A stretch of DNA of 64,000 nucleotides from an uncultured bacterium (GTDB lineage: Bacteria > Joyebacterota > Joyebacteria > Joyebacterales > Joyebacteraceae). Made by a program: the position numbers and the translations under genes. The stretch spans positions 124,665 through 188,664 of the forward strand of contig CAZEXP010000001.1 in the NCBI GenBank assembly GCA_964516845.1. Reading direction: 5' to 3'. The notes under the pieces are model-generated. The model was not told the DNA's origin, made no database searches, and was given only the letters and a program-made list of their open reading frames with translations. Below are positions 9,324-19,292 of the stretch, piece by piece. Within the stretch, counting starts at the first letter, position 1; each line of letters opens with the position of its first letter.

Positions 9324-12300
9324 GTGTACCTCGATAAGCTCGAGATCTACGGTTTCAAGTCGTTCGCACACAAGCTGACGCTCGAGTTCGGCCCCGGGAT
9401 CACCGGTGTCGTCGGACCAAACGGCTGCGGCAAGACGAATGTGGCGGACGCCATCCGGTGGGTCCTCGGTGAGCAGAGCGCGTCCGAGCTGAGAGGCTCC
9501 AGCATGGCCGATGTGGTCTTCAACGGCACGAAGAAGCGGCGTCGCCTGGGGCGTGCGGAGGTCAATCTGACCATCGACAACTCGGGCGGATATCTGCCGA
9601 CGGACTACTCGAGCGTGGTCATCGGTCGCAAGGTGTACCGCTCCGGGGAGAGCGAGTATCTCATCAACAAGACCCCGTGCCGCCTCCGCGACATCAACGA
9701 CCTCTTTCTCGACACCGGCATCGGGACGCGAACGTATTCACTGATCGAACGGAAGATGGTCGACTCGGTCCTCTCGGACTCCGCCGGGCACAGGCGGTTC
9801 ATGTTCGAGGAGGCGGCCGGCATCATGAAGTACAAGGTGCGGAAGCGGTCGACCCTCAACAAGCTCGCTGCGACCGAAGCGGACATGCAGCGGGTCGCTG
9901 ACATCATTAGCGAGGTCGAGAAGCAGGTACGCTCGCTCAAGCGTCAGCTCGCGCAGGCGCGACGGCACCGCCGATACACCGACGAACTGACGCATCTTGA
10001 GGTGGGACTGGCCAGACGCGACTACGGGGAATGGGACGAGCAGCGGGGTGTGGCGCTGGGACGCGCGGCGGAGCTGCGTTCGAGCATCGCCGCCTTCGGG
10101 GAACTGCTGCAGCGTGATGACAGCGCGACACGCGAGGCGCGCGCCGCGCTCACGTCGCACGAGGAGACGCTCGCCGCCCTCGACGAAGATGTTGCGAAGG
10201 TCGACGGGGAGGCGCGGAACTTCGCGGACGGACTGCTGGTCGCGCGTGAGCGGAAGCATGCCGCGGAGCGGCGAGTCGAAGCCCTGACCCCGGAGATCAC
10301 CGGACTGCGAGCGGAACTGGAGCAAGCGCGCCAGCAGATCCAGCTCATCGAGGAATCACTGGCTGCAGCCGCGACCGCGGCGACGGAGCGCGATGCGGGA
10401 CTGACCGAACGCCGCTCCGAGCTCAGGCGTATCGATAGCGAATACTGGGACGTCAAGAAGGCGCTCGCAGGGCAGAAGCAGACGAGACTTGAGGGTCTCG
10501 AAAGCTCGGCCGGTCTGAAAGGCGAACTCGAGAGTTACCGCGCGCGTCTTGACGATCTGATCCAGGAGCACACCGGGATCGAAACGGCCCTGGCCGAAGC
10601 GAGGGCTGACTTCTCCTCGCGCGATTCGGGCGTCGTCAACGCGCTCGACGAAGAGAAGCGCTTTATGACCGCCGCGCGTGACTCACGCGACGCGGAGAAA
10701 TCGACCGAGAACGATCTCGACATCGCGCGCGAGGCGCTGCTGGCGTCACGCGAGGGAAAGACGCGCGCCGGGGGCGAACTCCAAGCGGCGAAGCACAAGC
10801 TGGTCCTCCTCAAGGAGATGCGCGACGGGTACGGCGGGTTCGCGGCAGGCGTACGCGCGCTGTTGACCGATCCGTCGCACGAGCTTGAAGGACTGCGCGG
10901 TACGGTCGCCGACGTCATCGATGTCGACCCGATGGCCGCGACGGCCGTGGAGTCGGCTCTGGCCGGCGCCGCTCAGTACGTGGTCGTGAATACTCGATCC
11001 GACGCTCGCAAGGCGCTCGAGCATCTGGGGGCCGGCGATCGCGGTCGCGCGACCTTCGTCCCGCTTGACGAGGTCACGAAGGTGATCGTCCGGCGGACGC
11101 CGGAGTCCATCCTTGCGCTGCCGGACGTTCTCGGGACCGCGTCCTCGTTCATACGCTGCGAGGATGCGCTCAGACCGGTCGTCGAGCTTCTTCTCGAGGG
11201 AACCGTCGTGGTCCGCGATCTCGACACGGCCGTCGAGCTTGCGACGCGTCACCAGGACCGCGGCGTGACCTTCGTGACGAACGCGGGCGAGGCCGTGAGC
11301 GTCGAAGGCCTCATCACCGGTGGCGGTGGGGGCAACGCCGAAGCAGGCCTGCTGCGCAGGAAGGAACGCGTGGCGGAGGCGCAGCGGGAGGTTGCCAGAC
11401 TGGAGCAGCTTCTGGTCGACACCACCCGCCTCGAGGGGGAGGCGAAGGAAGCCCTGACCCGGCTTACGTCGCGCTCACGGGAGTGCGGCGAGCAGACCGA
11501 ACAGGCCGAGGCCGACCTCTGGGAGGCCAAGAGACGCCTGACGGAACTCGAGCTTGCGAAGACGAGCGCGGGCGAACGCATGGAGGAACTCAGCCTGCGG
11601 CGCGACGCGCTGGGTGAGCGAATGCGCGGCGCGCGCGGCGAGATCGAGTCACTCGCAGAGAGGCTGGCGCAGCTCTCGAAGGGCGAGGACGAGATCGGTG
11701 AGCGCGTCGAGGACCTGCAGCGGCGCTACACGGAGCTCGAGACCGCGCGGGAGACGGCGATCGAAGCGCAGCGGATCGCCGAACTCGAGGCGGCGTCGAC
11801 GGACGCGACATTCAAGCAGCAGCAGAAGGAGCACGCGCAGCTTGCCGAACGCGTTGCGGCGGCGGAAGCGGCCATCGAACGCAAGGCCCGCGAGAACACG
11901 GATCACGGCGATGCAATAGCGGACCTCGCCGCGAAGCTCGAGGAGGACGGCCGACGTCTCGAGGAGGTGACGGCGCGACAGAGCGAGCTCAAGACCCGAC
12001 ACAGTGCAGTGCGCGACGAGACCCGGCGTCTCCGTTCGCAGCTCGATGAGGTTGAGAACACCAGCCGCACGGCCCGCGAGGAGCGTGACGGCATTCAGCG
12101 CGAGCTGCACGAGATCGAGATCCGCGACACCGAGCTGCGGGGACGCGCCGAGGCCCTCCGGGACCGCATGCTGGAGGACTATTCGATCGATGTCGCGGTC
12201 AAGGTCGCAGCGCTCCCACGAGCCTCGACGCATGTTTCAGAGGACGGTTCGTCGTCCATCGAGGAGGACTCGACATGGCGCGACGATGAGCCCAGGGCCT

Positions 12301-13094
12301 ACGACGACATGGATGATGACGACGCGGGTGACGCCGACGACGGTGCCGCCCATCATCATCACATCGCGCTGATGATGGACGAGAGCGACGAACCGGTCGA
12401 CTGGAATCAGACACGGCAGGAGGTCGAACGCATCAAGGCGCGGCTTCGCTCGATGGGGCCTGTGAACCTGCTGGCGCTCGACGAATACGACGAGGAGAGC
12501 AAGCGTCTCGAATTCCTCCAGGCGCAGTTCGAGGATCTGGAGCGGTCGAAGGCAACCCTCATCGAGGCGATAGAGCACATCAACAAGGCAGCCCGCCAGA
12601 TGTTCGTCGACACCTTCGAACTGGTGCGTGAGAACTTCGTCAACATGTTCCAGCGCCTGTTCGAGGGAGGCGAGGCGGACCTGCGGCTGCTCGAGCCGGA
12701 AGACCCTCTCGAGTCACCGATCGAGATCGTGGCGAGCCCGCGCGAGAAGAAACTGGGCAGGCTCAGTCTGCTCTCCGGCGGCGAGCGGGCGCTGACGGCG
12801 ATCGCGTTGCTCTTCGCGATCTACCTGGTGAAGCCTTCGCCCTTCTGTATCCTTGACGAGGTCGACGCGCCGCTGGATGACGCGAATGTGCGCCGGTTTA
12901 TCAAGATGCTGAAGGAGTTCTCGGAGCGGACCCAGTTCATCATCATCACACACAACAAGGTTACGATGGCGGCCACGGACAGGCTCTACGGCGTTACGAT
13001 GGAAGAGTCCGGTGTCTCGAAGGTCGTCTCCGTCCGACTGGACGCGATGGGGAACGAGGTGGAGCGTGAGGAGATCGCTTACGAAGCTGTTTAG
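9324..13094 (+). CDS. smc: Chromosome partition protein SMC
   Basis: N-terminal Walker A FGPGITGVVGPNGCGKTN, long coiled coils, C-terminal LSGGERALTAIALLFAI...ILDEVDAPLD signature. 1256 aa. Confidence 0.9.
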   Translation: MYLDKLEIYGFKSFAHKLTLEFGPGITGVVGPNGCGKTNVADAIRWVLGEQSASELRGSSMADVVFNGTKKRRRLGRAEVNLTIDNSGGYLPTDYSSVVIGRKVYRSGESEYLINKTPCRLRDINDLFLDTGIGTRTYSLIERKMVDSVLSDSAGHRRFMFEEAAGIMKYKVRKRSTLNKLAATEADMQRVADIISEVEKQVRSLKRQLAQARRHRRYTDELTHLEVGLARRDYGEWDEQRGVALGRAAELRSSIAAFGELLQRDDSATREARAALTSHEETLAALDEDVAKVDGEARNFADGLLVARERKHAAERRVEALTPEITGLRAELEQARQQIQLIEESLAAAATAATERDAGLTERRSELRRIDSEYWDVKKALAGQKQTRLEGLESSAGLKGELESYRARLDDLIQEHTGIETALAEARADFSSRDSGVVNALDEEKRFMTAARDSRDAEKSTENDLDIAREALLASREGKTRAGGELQAAKHKLVLLKEMRDGYGGFAAGVRALLTDPSHELEGLRGTVADVIDVDPMAATAVESALAGAAQYVVVNTRSDARKALEHLGAGDRGRATFVPLDEVTKVIVRRTPESILALPDVLGTASSFIRCEDALRPVVELLLEGTVVVRDLDTAVELATRHQDRGVTFVTNAGEAVSVEGLITGGGGGNAEAGLLRRKERVAEAQREVARLEQLLVDTTRLEGEAKEALTRLTSRSRECGEQTEQAEADLWEAKRRLTELELAKTSAGERMEELSLRRDALGERMRGARGEIESLAERLAQLSKGEDEIGERVEDLQRRYTELETARETAIEAQRIAELEAASTDATFKQQQKEHAQLAERVAAAEAAIERKARENTDHGDAIADLAAKLEEDGRRLEEVTARQSELKTRHSAVRDETRRLRSQLDEVENTSRTAREERDGIQRELHEIEIRDTELRGRAEALRDRMLEDYSIDVAVKVAALPRASTHVSEDGSSSIEEDSTWRDDEPRAYDDMDDDDAGDADDGAAHHHHIALMMDESDEPVDWNQTRQEVERIKARLRSMGPVNLLALDEYDEESKRLEFLQAQFEDLERSKATLIEAIEHINKAARQMFVDTFELVRENFVNMFQRLFEGGEADLRLLEPEDPLESPIEIVASPREKKLGRLSLLSGGERALTAIALLFAIYLVKPSPFCILDEVDAPLDDANVRRFIKMLKEFSERTQFIIITHNKVTMAATDRLYGVTMEESGVSKVVSVRLDAMGNEVEREEIAYEAV

Positions 13095-14064
13095 CGGTCT
13101 GTCCAGAACACGGGAAGCGATCGTCGACGGGATCCAGCGCGCGCTCCATGGTGGGCGCGCGCTTGACGATGAGGCCCTGGCGGGCATCGAGGAGACGCTG
13201 ATCGCGGCAGACGTGGGGGTCGACACCTCGCTCTATCTGGTGGAACGGCTCCGGGACGCCGCCCCTCGAATGGAGTCCACGGACGCGGATGCGATCGTGC
13301 GGTTTCTCGCCGATGAGATCCGGAGTCTCTTCGCGGGAGGCGCCGATGCGGTGGCGGACCCGATGTCCGGACGGAACGGGCACCGGACGGATGGCGAACC
13401 ACCCGACGACAGCCGGCGACCGCGCGTGACCATGATCGTGGGCGTGAACGGCGCGGGGAAGACGACAACGATAGGGAAACTGGCGGGACTGCTTCAGCGA
13501 GAGGGAGAGACGGTTCTTCTCGCGGCGGCGGACACGTTTCGCGCGGCCGCGGGTGAACAGCTCCAGATCTGGGCGGAGCGAACGGGCGCCGGTTTCGTCT
13601 TTGGTCAGCGGGGTGGCGACCCGGCCTCAGTGGCGTTTGACGCGCTCGAGGCCGCTGTCTCGCGAGACGTCGATCATCTCCTGATCGACACGGCCGGGCG
13701 TCTGCACACGCAGAAGAACCTGATCGCGGAGCTCGCCAAGATACGGCGTGTCGTCGAGAGCCGTCTCCCTGGAGCCCCGGATGACGTTCTGCTTGTCGTT
13801 GACGCGAACACGGGGCAGAACGCGCTGTCCCAGGCGCGGCTCTTCGATGAGGCGGTCGGCCTGACGGGGATCGTGCTGACGAAGCTCGACGGGACCGCGC
13901 GGGGCGGCATCGTCGTGGCGATCGCGAGAGAGCTGGCCATACCGGTCCGCTTCGTGGGGGTCGGCGAGGCGCTCGATGATATCGCCCGCTTTGACGCCGA
14001 GGAGTTCGCGAGGGGCCTTCTGCCTGCCGGGGAGGTGTCCGCGATGGGAGATGTCGGGACCTGA
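13066..14064 (+). CDS. ftsY: Signal recognition particle receptor FtsY (short form; start GTG 13066, alternative GTG 13012)
   Basis: MIVGVNGAGKTTTIGKLA, AADTFRAAAGEQL, DTAGRLH, LTKLDGTARGG. RBS GGAACGAGG lies 6 nt before GTG 13066. Overlaps the smc 3' end. Confidence 0.8.
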   Translation: MRRSLTKLFSGLSRTREAIVDGIQRALHGGRALDDEALAGIEETLIAADVGVDTSLYLVERLRDAAPRMESTDADAIVRFLADEIRSLFAGGADAVADPMSGRNGHRTDGEPPDDSRRPRVTMIVGVNGAGKTTTIGKLAGLLQREGETVLLAAADTFRAAAGEQLQIWAERTGAGFVFGQRGGDPASVAFDALEAAVSRDVDHLLIDTAGRLHTQKNLIAELAKIRRVVESRLPGAPDDVLLVVDANTGQNALSQARLFDEAVGLTGIVLTKLDGTARGGIVVAIARELAIPVRFVGVGEALDDIARFDAEEFARGLLPAGEVSAMGDVGT

Positions 14065-14082
14065 GTCGTCATTCACCCCGGG

Positions 14083-14111
14083 TTGACAGTCCGGCCCGGG
14101 CGTGGTAGATT
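14083..14111 (+). promoter_or_regulatory. Sigma70-type promoter TTGACA-N17-TAGATT for the riboflavin operon
   Basis: Consensus -35 and good -10 read in sequence immediately upstream of the FMN riboswitch. Confidence 0.5.
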
Positions 14112-14120
14112 AGACTTGTT

Positions 14121-14245
14121 ACAGTCGTTCCTTCGGGGCGGGGTGCAACTCCCCACCGGCGGTCAAAGCCCGCGAGCGGGTCCTCCCGCAGAGCCTGTGG
14201 AATCCAGGCGCCGACAGTGAAAGTCTGGATGGGAGAAGGAACCGT
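14121..14245 (+). promoter_or_regulatory. FMN riboswitch (RFN element) aptamer
   Basis: cttcggggcggggtgcaactccccaccggcggtcaaagcccgcgagc ... ccgacagtgaaagtctggatgggagaagga matches the conserved RFN core nearly position for position. Confidence 0.85.
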
Positions 14246-14276
14246 GAGCGGGGCCACCGACGCCTCGTTCCCGTGC

Positions 14277-14304
14277 GCCCCGAGGTCTCGGGGCGTTTTC
14301 TTAT
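14277..14304 (+). terminator. Intrinsic terminator/attenuator of the FMN riboswitch expression platform (GCCCCGAG-gtct-CTCGGGGC + GTTTTCTT)
   Basis: 8-bp GC stem followed by a T-tract, placed between the aptamer and the ribD start. Confidence 0.6.
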
Positions 14305-14339
14305 GGCGGGCGGGAGTGCATCTGGTGGCGAGAGGTTCG

Positions 14340-15518
14340 ATGGAAGACGGCGCGACACGCGACGAGCGGTTCATGCGCGAGGCGATCTCGCTGGCTGAGC
14401 GCGGGCGCGGATACACGAGTCCGAACCCGCGGGTCGGCGCTCTGCTCGTCCGTGACGGCGAGATCGTCGGGCGCGGCTACCATGAGTCGTACGGAGGAGC
14501 GCATGCCGAGGTCAACGCCATCGCGGACGCCGGTGATGCGGCACGCGGCGCGGACCTCTACGTAACGCTCGAGCCCTGCTGTGTCTGGGGCAACACACCT
14601 CCCTGCACGGACGCCATCCGGCAAGCCGGGATCCGGCGCGTCGTCATGCCGATCGACGACCCGAACCCCGACGTGGCCGGGCGAGGCGCGACCATGCTGA
14701 GGGAGGCCGGGGTCATCGTCGATATCGGGTGTCTCGACGATGAAGCTCGAAGACTCAATGAGGCGTACATCCGGTTCCGCGCCACGGGGTTGCCGCTGGT
14801 CACGCTCAAGCTGGCGGTGACGCTCGACGGTCGGATCACATCATGGAGGGCGAAGGACCGGTGGATCAGCGGTGAGCAGTCCCGTCGTCGGGTGCATGCG
14901 ATGCGCGGGGCAAGCGACGCGGTCCTCGTCGGCATCGGGACGGTTCTGGCGGATGATCCGGACCTGACGGATCGGCGTGGAGACGGCACAGAGCGGCAGC
15001 CCGTGCGTATCGTTGCGGATTCTCATCTCAGGATCCCGGTCGACGCGCGGCTCGTGTCCACGGCGGGAGCCGTGCGCACCGTGGTCGCGTGTATCGACGA
15101 GGAGGGGCTTGCAGCGCGCGCCGCGACGCTCGAGAAGGAGAATGTGACGGTGTGGCGTCTCCCCGTCGCGAGCGATGGACGACTCGATGCTGTCGCGTTG
15201 ATGCGCCGGCTCGCCGCCGAGGGCATGACGGACGTCCTGTGCGAGGGGGGATCCACCCTGGGGACGGCGCTGCTCGACCGGAACCTGGCCACGCGCCTCG
15301 CCGTCTTCGTCGCGCCGAAGGTGGCCGGAGCGGGCGAACTGCCGGCGCTCCGTGAGCTGGGGAGGCATATCCGCCTGGAGAACGCCACGTGGGAACGCAT
15401 GGGCGACGACATGCTCCTCATCGCATCGGTGGACGCCGCGCGGGATGGATCCAACACAGTGGCCGGGAGCCGAGGGGTTCTCCAGACCGAGGGTGCGACG
15501 ACGTGTTCACAGGACTGA
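14340..15518 (+). CDS. ribD: Bifunctional diaminohydroxyphosphoribosylaminopyrimidine deaminase / 5-amino-6-(5-phosphoribosylamino)uracil reductase
   Basis: ATG 14340 with RBS gagagg. The track ORF start at 14217 would overlap the riboswitch. Deaminase motif HAEVNAI...TLEPCC, then the reductase domain. Confidence 0.9.
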   Translation: MEDGATRDERFMREAISLAERGRGYTSPNPRVGALLVRDGEIVGRGYHESYGGAHAEVNAIADAGDAARGADLYVTLEPCCVWGNTPPCTDAIRQAGIRRVVMPIDDPNPDVAGRGATMLREAGVIVDIGCLDDEARRLNEAYIRFRATGLPLVTLKLAVTLDGRITSWRAKDRWISGEQSRRRVHAMRGASDAVLVGIGTVLADDPDLTDRRGDGTERQPVRIVADSHLRIPVDARLVSTAGAVRTVVACIDEEGLAARAATLEKENVTVWRLPVASDGRLDAVALMRRLAAEGMTDVLCEGGSTLGTALLDRNLATRLAVFVAPKVAGAGELPALRELGRHIRLENATWERMGDDMLLIASVDAARDGSNTVAGSRGVLQTEGATTCSQD

Positions 15519-16186
15519 TCGAGACGACGGGACGCGTACGGGCGATGGTCCGCACCGGTGACGGCGCGAGGCTGTCGGTCGAGACCGGGATCGCGCGCGA
15601 GCTGGCGGCCGGTGAGAGCGTCAGCGTCAACGGCGTGTGTCTCACGGTCACCGTGACGAACGGAGACCGGTTCGAGGCGGACGCCGTCGCCGAGACCTTG
15701 CGGGCCTCAACGCTCGGCGCCCTCGCGCCGGGGGACCGGGTCAATCTGGAACGCGCGCTCAGGCTCGGCGACCGGGTCGGGGGACACATCGTCACGGGAC
15801 ACGTGGATGCGGTCGCGACGGTCCTGGAAAGGCGCGAGCGGGGTCGCGGAGTGGAGATGGCATTCGAGATCCCGGCGCAGCTTGTCGCGGAGGTGGTCTC
15901 GAAGGGGTCCGTGGCTCTTGATGGAACGAGCCTGACGGTGGCGTCCGTGGAGGGGCGCCGCGTCACCGTGGCGTTCATCCCGGAGACACTCACGGCGACC
16001 ATTGCCGGGACCTACCGGCGGGGGATGCGGGTCAACGTCGAGACCGACGTTCTGGCCAAACATCTGAGGAAGCTCCTCAGCGAACGGAGTTCCACGAGCC
16101 TGGGTTCGGAAGAGAACGGCGAGGCCGACGAGCGGGCCTCAACGAAGGGACTGACGATCGAGCGGCTGCGCGAACTGGGATTCTGA
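15503..16186 (+). CDS. ribE: Riboflavin synthase alpha subunit
   Basis: GTG 15503 with RBS gagggtg. (V)FTGLIETTGRV...SVNGVCLTV and a second lumazine-binding repeat GTSLTV. Confidence 0.85.
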   Translation: MFTGLIETTGRVRAMVRTGDGARLSVETGIARELAAGESVSVNGVCLTVTVTNGDRFEADAVAETLRASTLGALAPGDRVNLERALRLGDRVGGHIVTGHVDAVATVLERRERGRGVEMAFEIPAQLVAEVVSKGSVALDGTSLTVASVEGRRVTVAFIPETLTATIAGTYRRGMRVNVETDVLAKHLRKLLSERSSTSLGSEENGEADERASTKGLTIERLRELGF

Positions 16187-16246
16187 GCGACGCAGCGATT
16201 CCGACACGACGGAACGGACACGGGGTTCCAAACGGAGCGAGACATC

Positions 16247-17536
16247 ATGACGGGACAGAACGTCGAGCGGGCTATCCGGGAGATCCGCGAAGGACGGATG
16301 GTGATCGTCGTCGACGACGAGACGCGGGAGAACGAGGGCGACCTCATCATGGCCGCGGAGAAGATCACTCCTGAGGCCGTCAACTTCATCGCGAAGGAGG
16401 GGCGGGGGCTCATCTGTGTGCCCATGACCGGCGAGGATCTCGACGAGCTGGATCTCCATCCGATGGTGGCCGACAACACATCACGAATGAGCACGGCGTT
16501 CGCGGTCTCCGTCGACGCGATCGAGGGAACGACGACCGGAATCTCCGCCCACGACCGGTCGACGACGATACGAGCCCTGGTCGATCCCGCCACGAAGCCG
16601 CGCGATCTGGCGCGGCCCGGGCACATCTTCCCGCTGCGGGCCGCCGACGGTGGTGTGCTCAGGCGGGCCGGCCACACCGAGGCCGCGGTCGACCTGGCGC
16701 GTCTGGCCGGCCTCCAGCCGGCAGGCGTGCTCTGCGAGATCATGAGCGATGACGGGAGCATGGCGCGGCTGCCCGAACTCCGGGAACTGTCGGAGCGGCA
16801 CGGACTGGCGCTCGTGAGCATCAAGGACCTCATCGCGTACCGACAGCGCACGGAGCGACTGGTGCGACGCGTGGCCGAGACGAAACTCCCGACGCGCTGG
16901 GGGGAGTTTCGACTGTACCTCTACGAGAACGATGTCGACGATCAGGAGCACATCGCCCTCGTCAAGGGAGACCCGAAGCCGGACCAGGACGTGCTCGTCC
17001 GCGTGCACTCCGAGTGTCTGACGGGCGACGTATTCGGTTCACGCCGCTGTGACTGCGGCACCCAGCTGGCGCACGCGTTGGCGATGATCGACCGTGAAGG
17101 CACCGGCGTGTTCCTCTACATGCGACAGGAAGGCCGTGGCATCGGTCTCGGGAACAAGCTGAGGGCCTACGCGCTCCAGGACGATGGTCGCGACACGGTC
17201 GAGGCGAACGAGGACCTCGGGTTCCCCGCCGACCTCCGGGACTACGGCGTGGGGGCGCAGATGCTCGCCGACCTCGGCGTGCGCCGCATCCGCCTGCTGA
17301 CCAACAACCCGCGGAAGATCATCGGTCTCGAGGGACACGGTCTGGCGATCGTCGAACGCGTCCCGATCCAGATCGCTCCGAACGAGCGCAACAAGCAGTA
17401 TCTGGCGACGAAACGCGACAAACTGGGACACTATCTGGACCTGGAGCCGTGTGACGTGGGCGCCGACGAGAACGTGGAAGCGACCGGCGAGCCGTCCGAG
17501 GACGAGGTCATCAACACGCAGGGAGGCAAGCGATGA
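16247..17536 (+). CDS. ribBA: Bifunctional 3,4-dihydroxy-2-butanone-4-phosphate synthase / GTP cyclohydrolase II
   Basis: [16 protein letters not shown] (DHBP synthase) and CDCGTQL...GRGIGL (GTP cyclohydrolase II). Confidence 0.9.
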   Translation: MTGQNVERAIREIREGRMVIVVDDETRENEGDLIMAAEKITPEAVNFIAKEGRGLICVPMTGEDLDELDLHPMVADNTSRMSTAFAVSVDAIEGTTTGISAHDRSTTIRALVDPATKPRDLARPGHIFPLRAADGGVLRRAGHTEAAVDLARLAGLQPAGVLCEIMSDDGSMARLPELRELSERHGLALVSIKDLIAYRQRTERLVRRVAETKLPTRWGEFRLYLYENDVDDQEHIALVKGDPKPDQDVLVRVHSECLTGDVFGSRRCDCGTQLAHALAMIDREGTGVFLYMRQEGRGIGLGNKLRAYALQDDGRDTVEANEDLGFPADLRDYGVGAQMLADLGVRRIRLLTNNPRKIIGLEGHGLAIVERVPIQIAPNERNKQYLATKRDKLGHYLDLEPCDVGADENVEATGEPSEDEVINTQGGKR

Positions 17537-18000
17537 GCAAGGTGTACGAAGGACACATCACGGGAGAGGGACGGTCGTTCGGGATCGTGGTCTCGCGCTT
17601 CAACGAATTCATCTCACTCAAGCTGCTCGAAGGGGCGATGGACTGTCTCAGGCGCCACGGCGTTGACGACTCCGACATCACGATCGTCTGGGTCCCGGGC
17701 GCCTTTGATGTGCCGCTCCTGGCCAAGAGAATGGGTGACTCCGGTTCGCATGATGCGGTACTATGCCTCGGTGCGGTCATCCGTGGCGGGACGCCGCACT
17801 TCGACTATGTGGCGGCGGAAGTCGCGAAGGGTGTTGCACATGCGGGGATGGAGACCGGCGTTCCGACGGTCTTCGGTGTCCTCACGGCCGACAGTATCGA
17901 GCAGGCGATCGAACGCGCGGGCACCAAGGCCGGAAACCGGGGGTGGGATGCCGCCATGGCCGCCATGGAGCTCGCCGACCTCTACGCAAGGATGGAGTAG
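17533..18000 (+). CDS. ribH: 6,7-dimethyl-8-ribityllumazine synthase
   Basis: [12 protein letters not shown]...[10 protein letters not shown]...GTPHFDYV. Confidence 0.9.
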   Translation: MSKVYEGHITGEGRSFGIVVSRFNEFISLKLLEGAMDCLRRHGVDDSDITIVWVPGAFDVPLLAKRMGDSGSHDAVLCLGAVIRGGTPHFDYVAAEVAKGVAHAGMETGVPTVFGVLTADSIEQAIERAGTKAGNRGWDAAMAAMELADLYARME

Positions 18001-18001
18001 C

Positions 18002-18466
18002 TTGCCGCAAGACAGGAAGGGCGGGACCGGCACACGGCGGGAGGGCAGGGAGCTGGCGCTCAAGCTGCTCTATCGCGAGGAGGTGACCGGGGTGACGGAG
18101 GGTCCGATTCCGGAGATTGACGAAGCCCGCGAGGACGCCCTGGTGTTCGCCGAAGAGATCGTCGATGGCGTGCGCGAACATCACGACGAGATCGATCGTC
18201 TGATCGGAGCCGCCAGCGAGCACTGGGATATCCCGCGCATGGGCGCCGTCGACAGGACCGTGCTGCGTATCGGCGCATACGAGCTGCTGTGTGTCCCCGA
18301 CACCCCTGTTGGCGTTGTGATCAACGAAGCCGTCGAGATCGCGAGGAAGTACTCATCGAATGAGGGCGCGCGCTTTGTCAACGGCGTGCTCGACCACGTT
18401 GCGCGCGACGCGCGCGATGCCTCCGGGACGGACAGCCCGGAGGCCGAGGACGTGCAGGCCGGCTGA
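18002..18466 (+). CDS. nusB: Transcription antitermination factor NusB (TTG start)
   Basis: RELALKLLY...RIGAYELL...INEAVEIARKY...RFVNGVLD. TTG at 18002 is preceded by aaggatggag inside the ribH 3' end. Confidence 0.8.
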   Translation: MPQDRKGGTGTRREGRELALKLLYREEVTGVTEGPIPEIDEAREDALVFAEEIVDGVREHHDEIDRLIGAASEHWDIPRMGAVDRTVLRIGAYELLCVPDTPVGVVINEAVEIARKYSSNEGARFVNGVLDHVARDARDASGTDSPEAEDVQAG

Positions 18467-18490
18467 GCAACAGCATCGCCAGGAGGCATC

Positions 18491-19216
18491 GTGCGCTGTC
18501 TCATCGCGACGGATATCCACAGCAATATCGAAGCGCTTGAAGCAGTCCTCGAGGATGCCTCGGAACTCGGCTGTGACACGTATCTCTGCCTCGGCGACAT
18601 CGTCGGGTACGGAGCGAGCCCGGGCGAGACTCTCGCAGTCGTACGTGACCGGTTCGACACGGTCGTTCGGGGGAACCACGACGCCGCCGTCATCGATGTG
18701 GCGGAGAGCTTTCGCTTCAACGAGCATGCACGCGCCGCCATCGAGTGGACACGCACCGAGCTGACATCCGCCGATCAAGAGTACATCAAGGGGCTTCCCC
18801 TGACGGAGCACGTCGACGGTGTCCGGCTCGTTCACGCGAGTCCCGAGGACCCGGCGGCGTGGAATTACGTCAAGGACACGATGGGCGCGTCGTACCAGTT
18901 CGAGGCGTTCGAGGAGCAGTTCTGTCTGATAGGGCACACGCACATCCCGCTCGTGGTCTCGCTCGCGGGCGGCACGCTCCGCGCGGAGACAGGGTCACTC
19001 ATCCGGCTGCGCCCGAACATCCGCTACCTCGTCAACGTGGGCAGCGTCGGACAGCCGCGTGACGGCGACCCGCATGCGGCGTACGGGGTTCTCGATCTCG
19101 AGGCGGGGAGTCTCGAGCTGAGGCGGGTGAAGTACCGCGTGAAGCGCGCCCGGCGGAAGATCCTCAACGCCGGGCTGCCGGAGTTTCTCGGGGAGAGGCT
19201 CCTGGACGGGGTCTGA
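18491..19216 (+). CDS. Calcineurin-like metallophosphoesterase (YfcE/MJ0936 family)
   Basis: DIHSN...GDIVGYG...GNHD...GHTH motifs. Confidence 0.75.
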   Translation: MRCLIATDIHSNIEALEAVLEDASELGCDTYLCLGDIVGYGASPGETLAVVRDRFDTVVRGNHDAAVIDVAESFRFNEHARAAIEWTRTELTSADQEYIKGLPLTEHVDGVRLVHASPEDPAAWNYVKDTMGASYQFEAFEEQFCLIGHTHIPLVVSLAGGTLRAETGSLIRLRPNIRYLVNVGSVGQPRDGDPHAAYGVLDLEAGSLELRRVKYRVKRARRKILNAGLPEFLGERLLDGV

Positions 19217-19292
19217 TCAGCGCACGACCAGGCGATTGCTTGGGACGCTGCACCTCGGGTCGCGCCGCGTCCGGCGACCCCACGGAGGTTCG

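Noticed and set aside
14217-14339. ORF-track start of ribD at 14217 (GTG)
   Set aside because: It would run through the FMN riboswitch aptamer 3' half and the intrinsic terminator. ATG 14340 with RBS gagagg downstream of the terminator is the real start.
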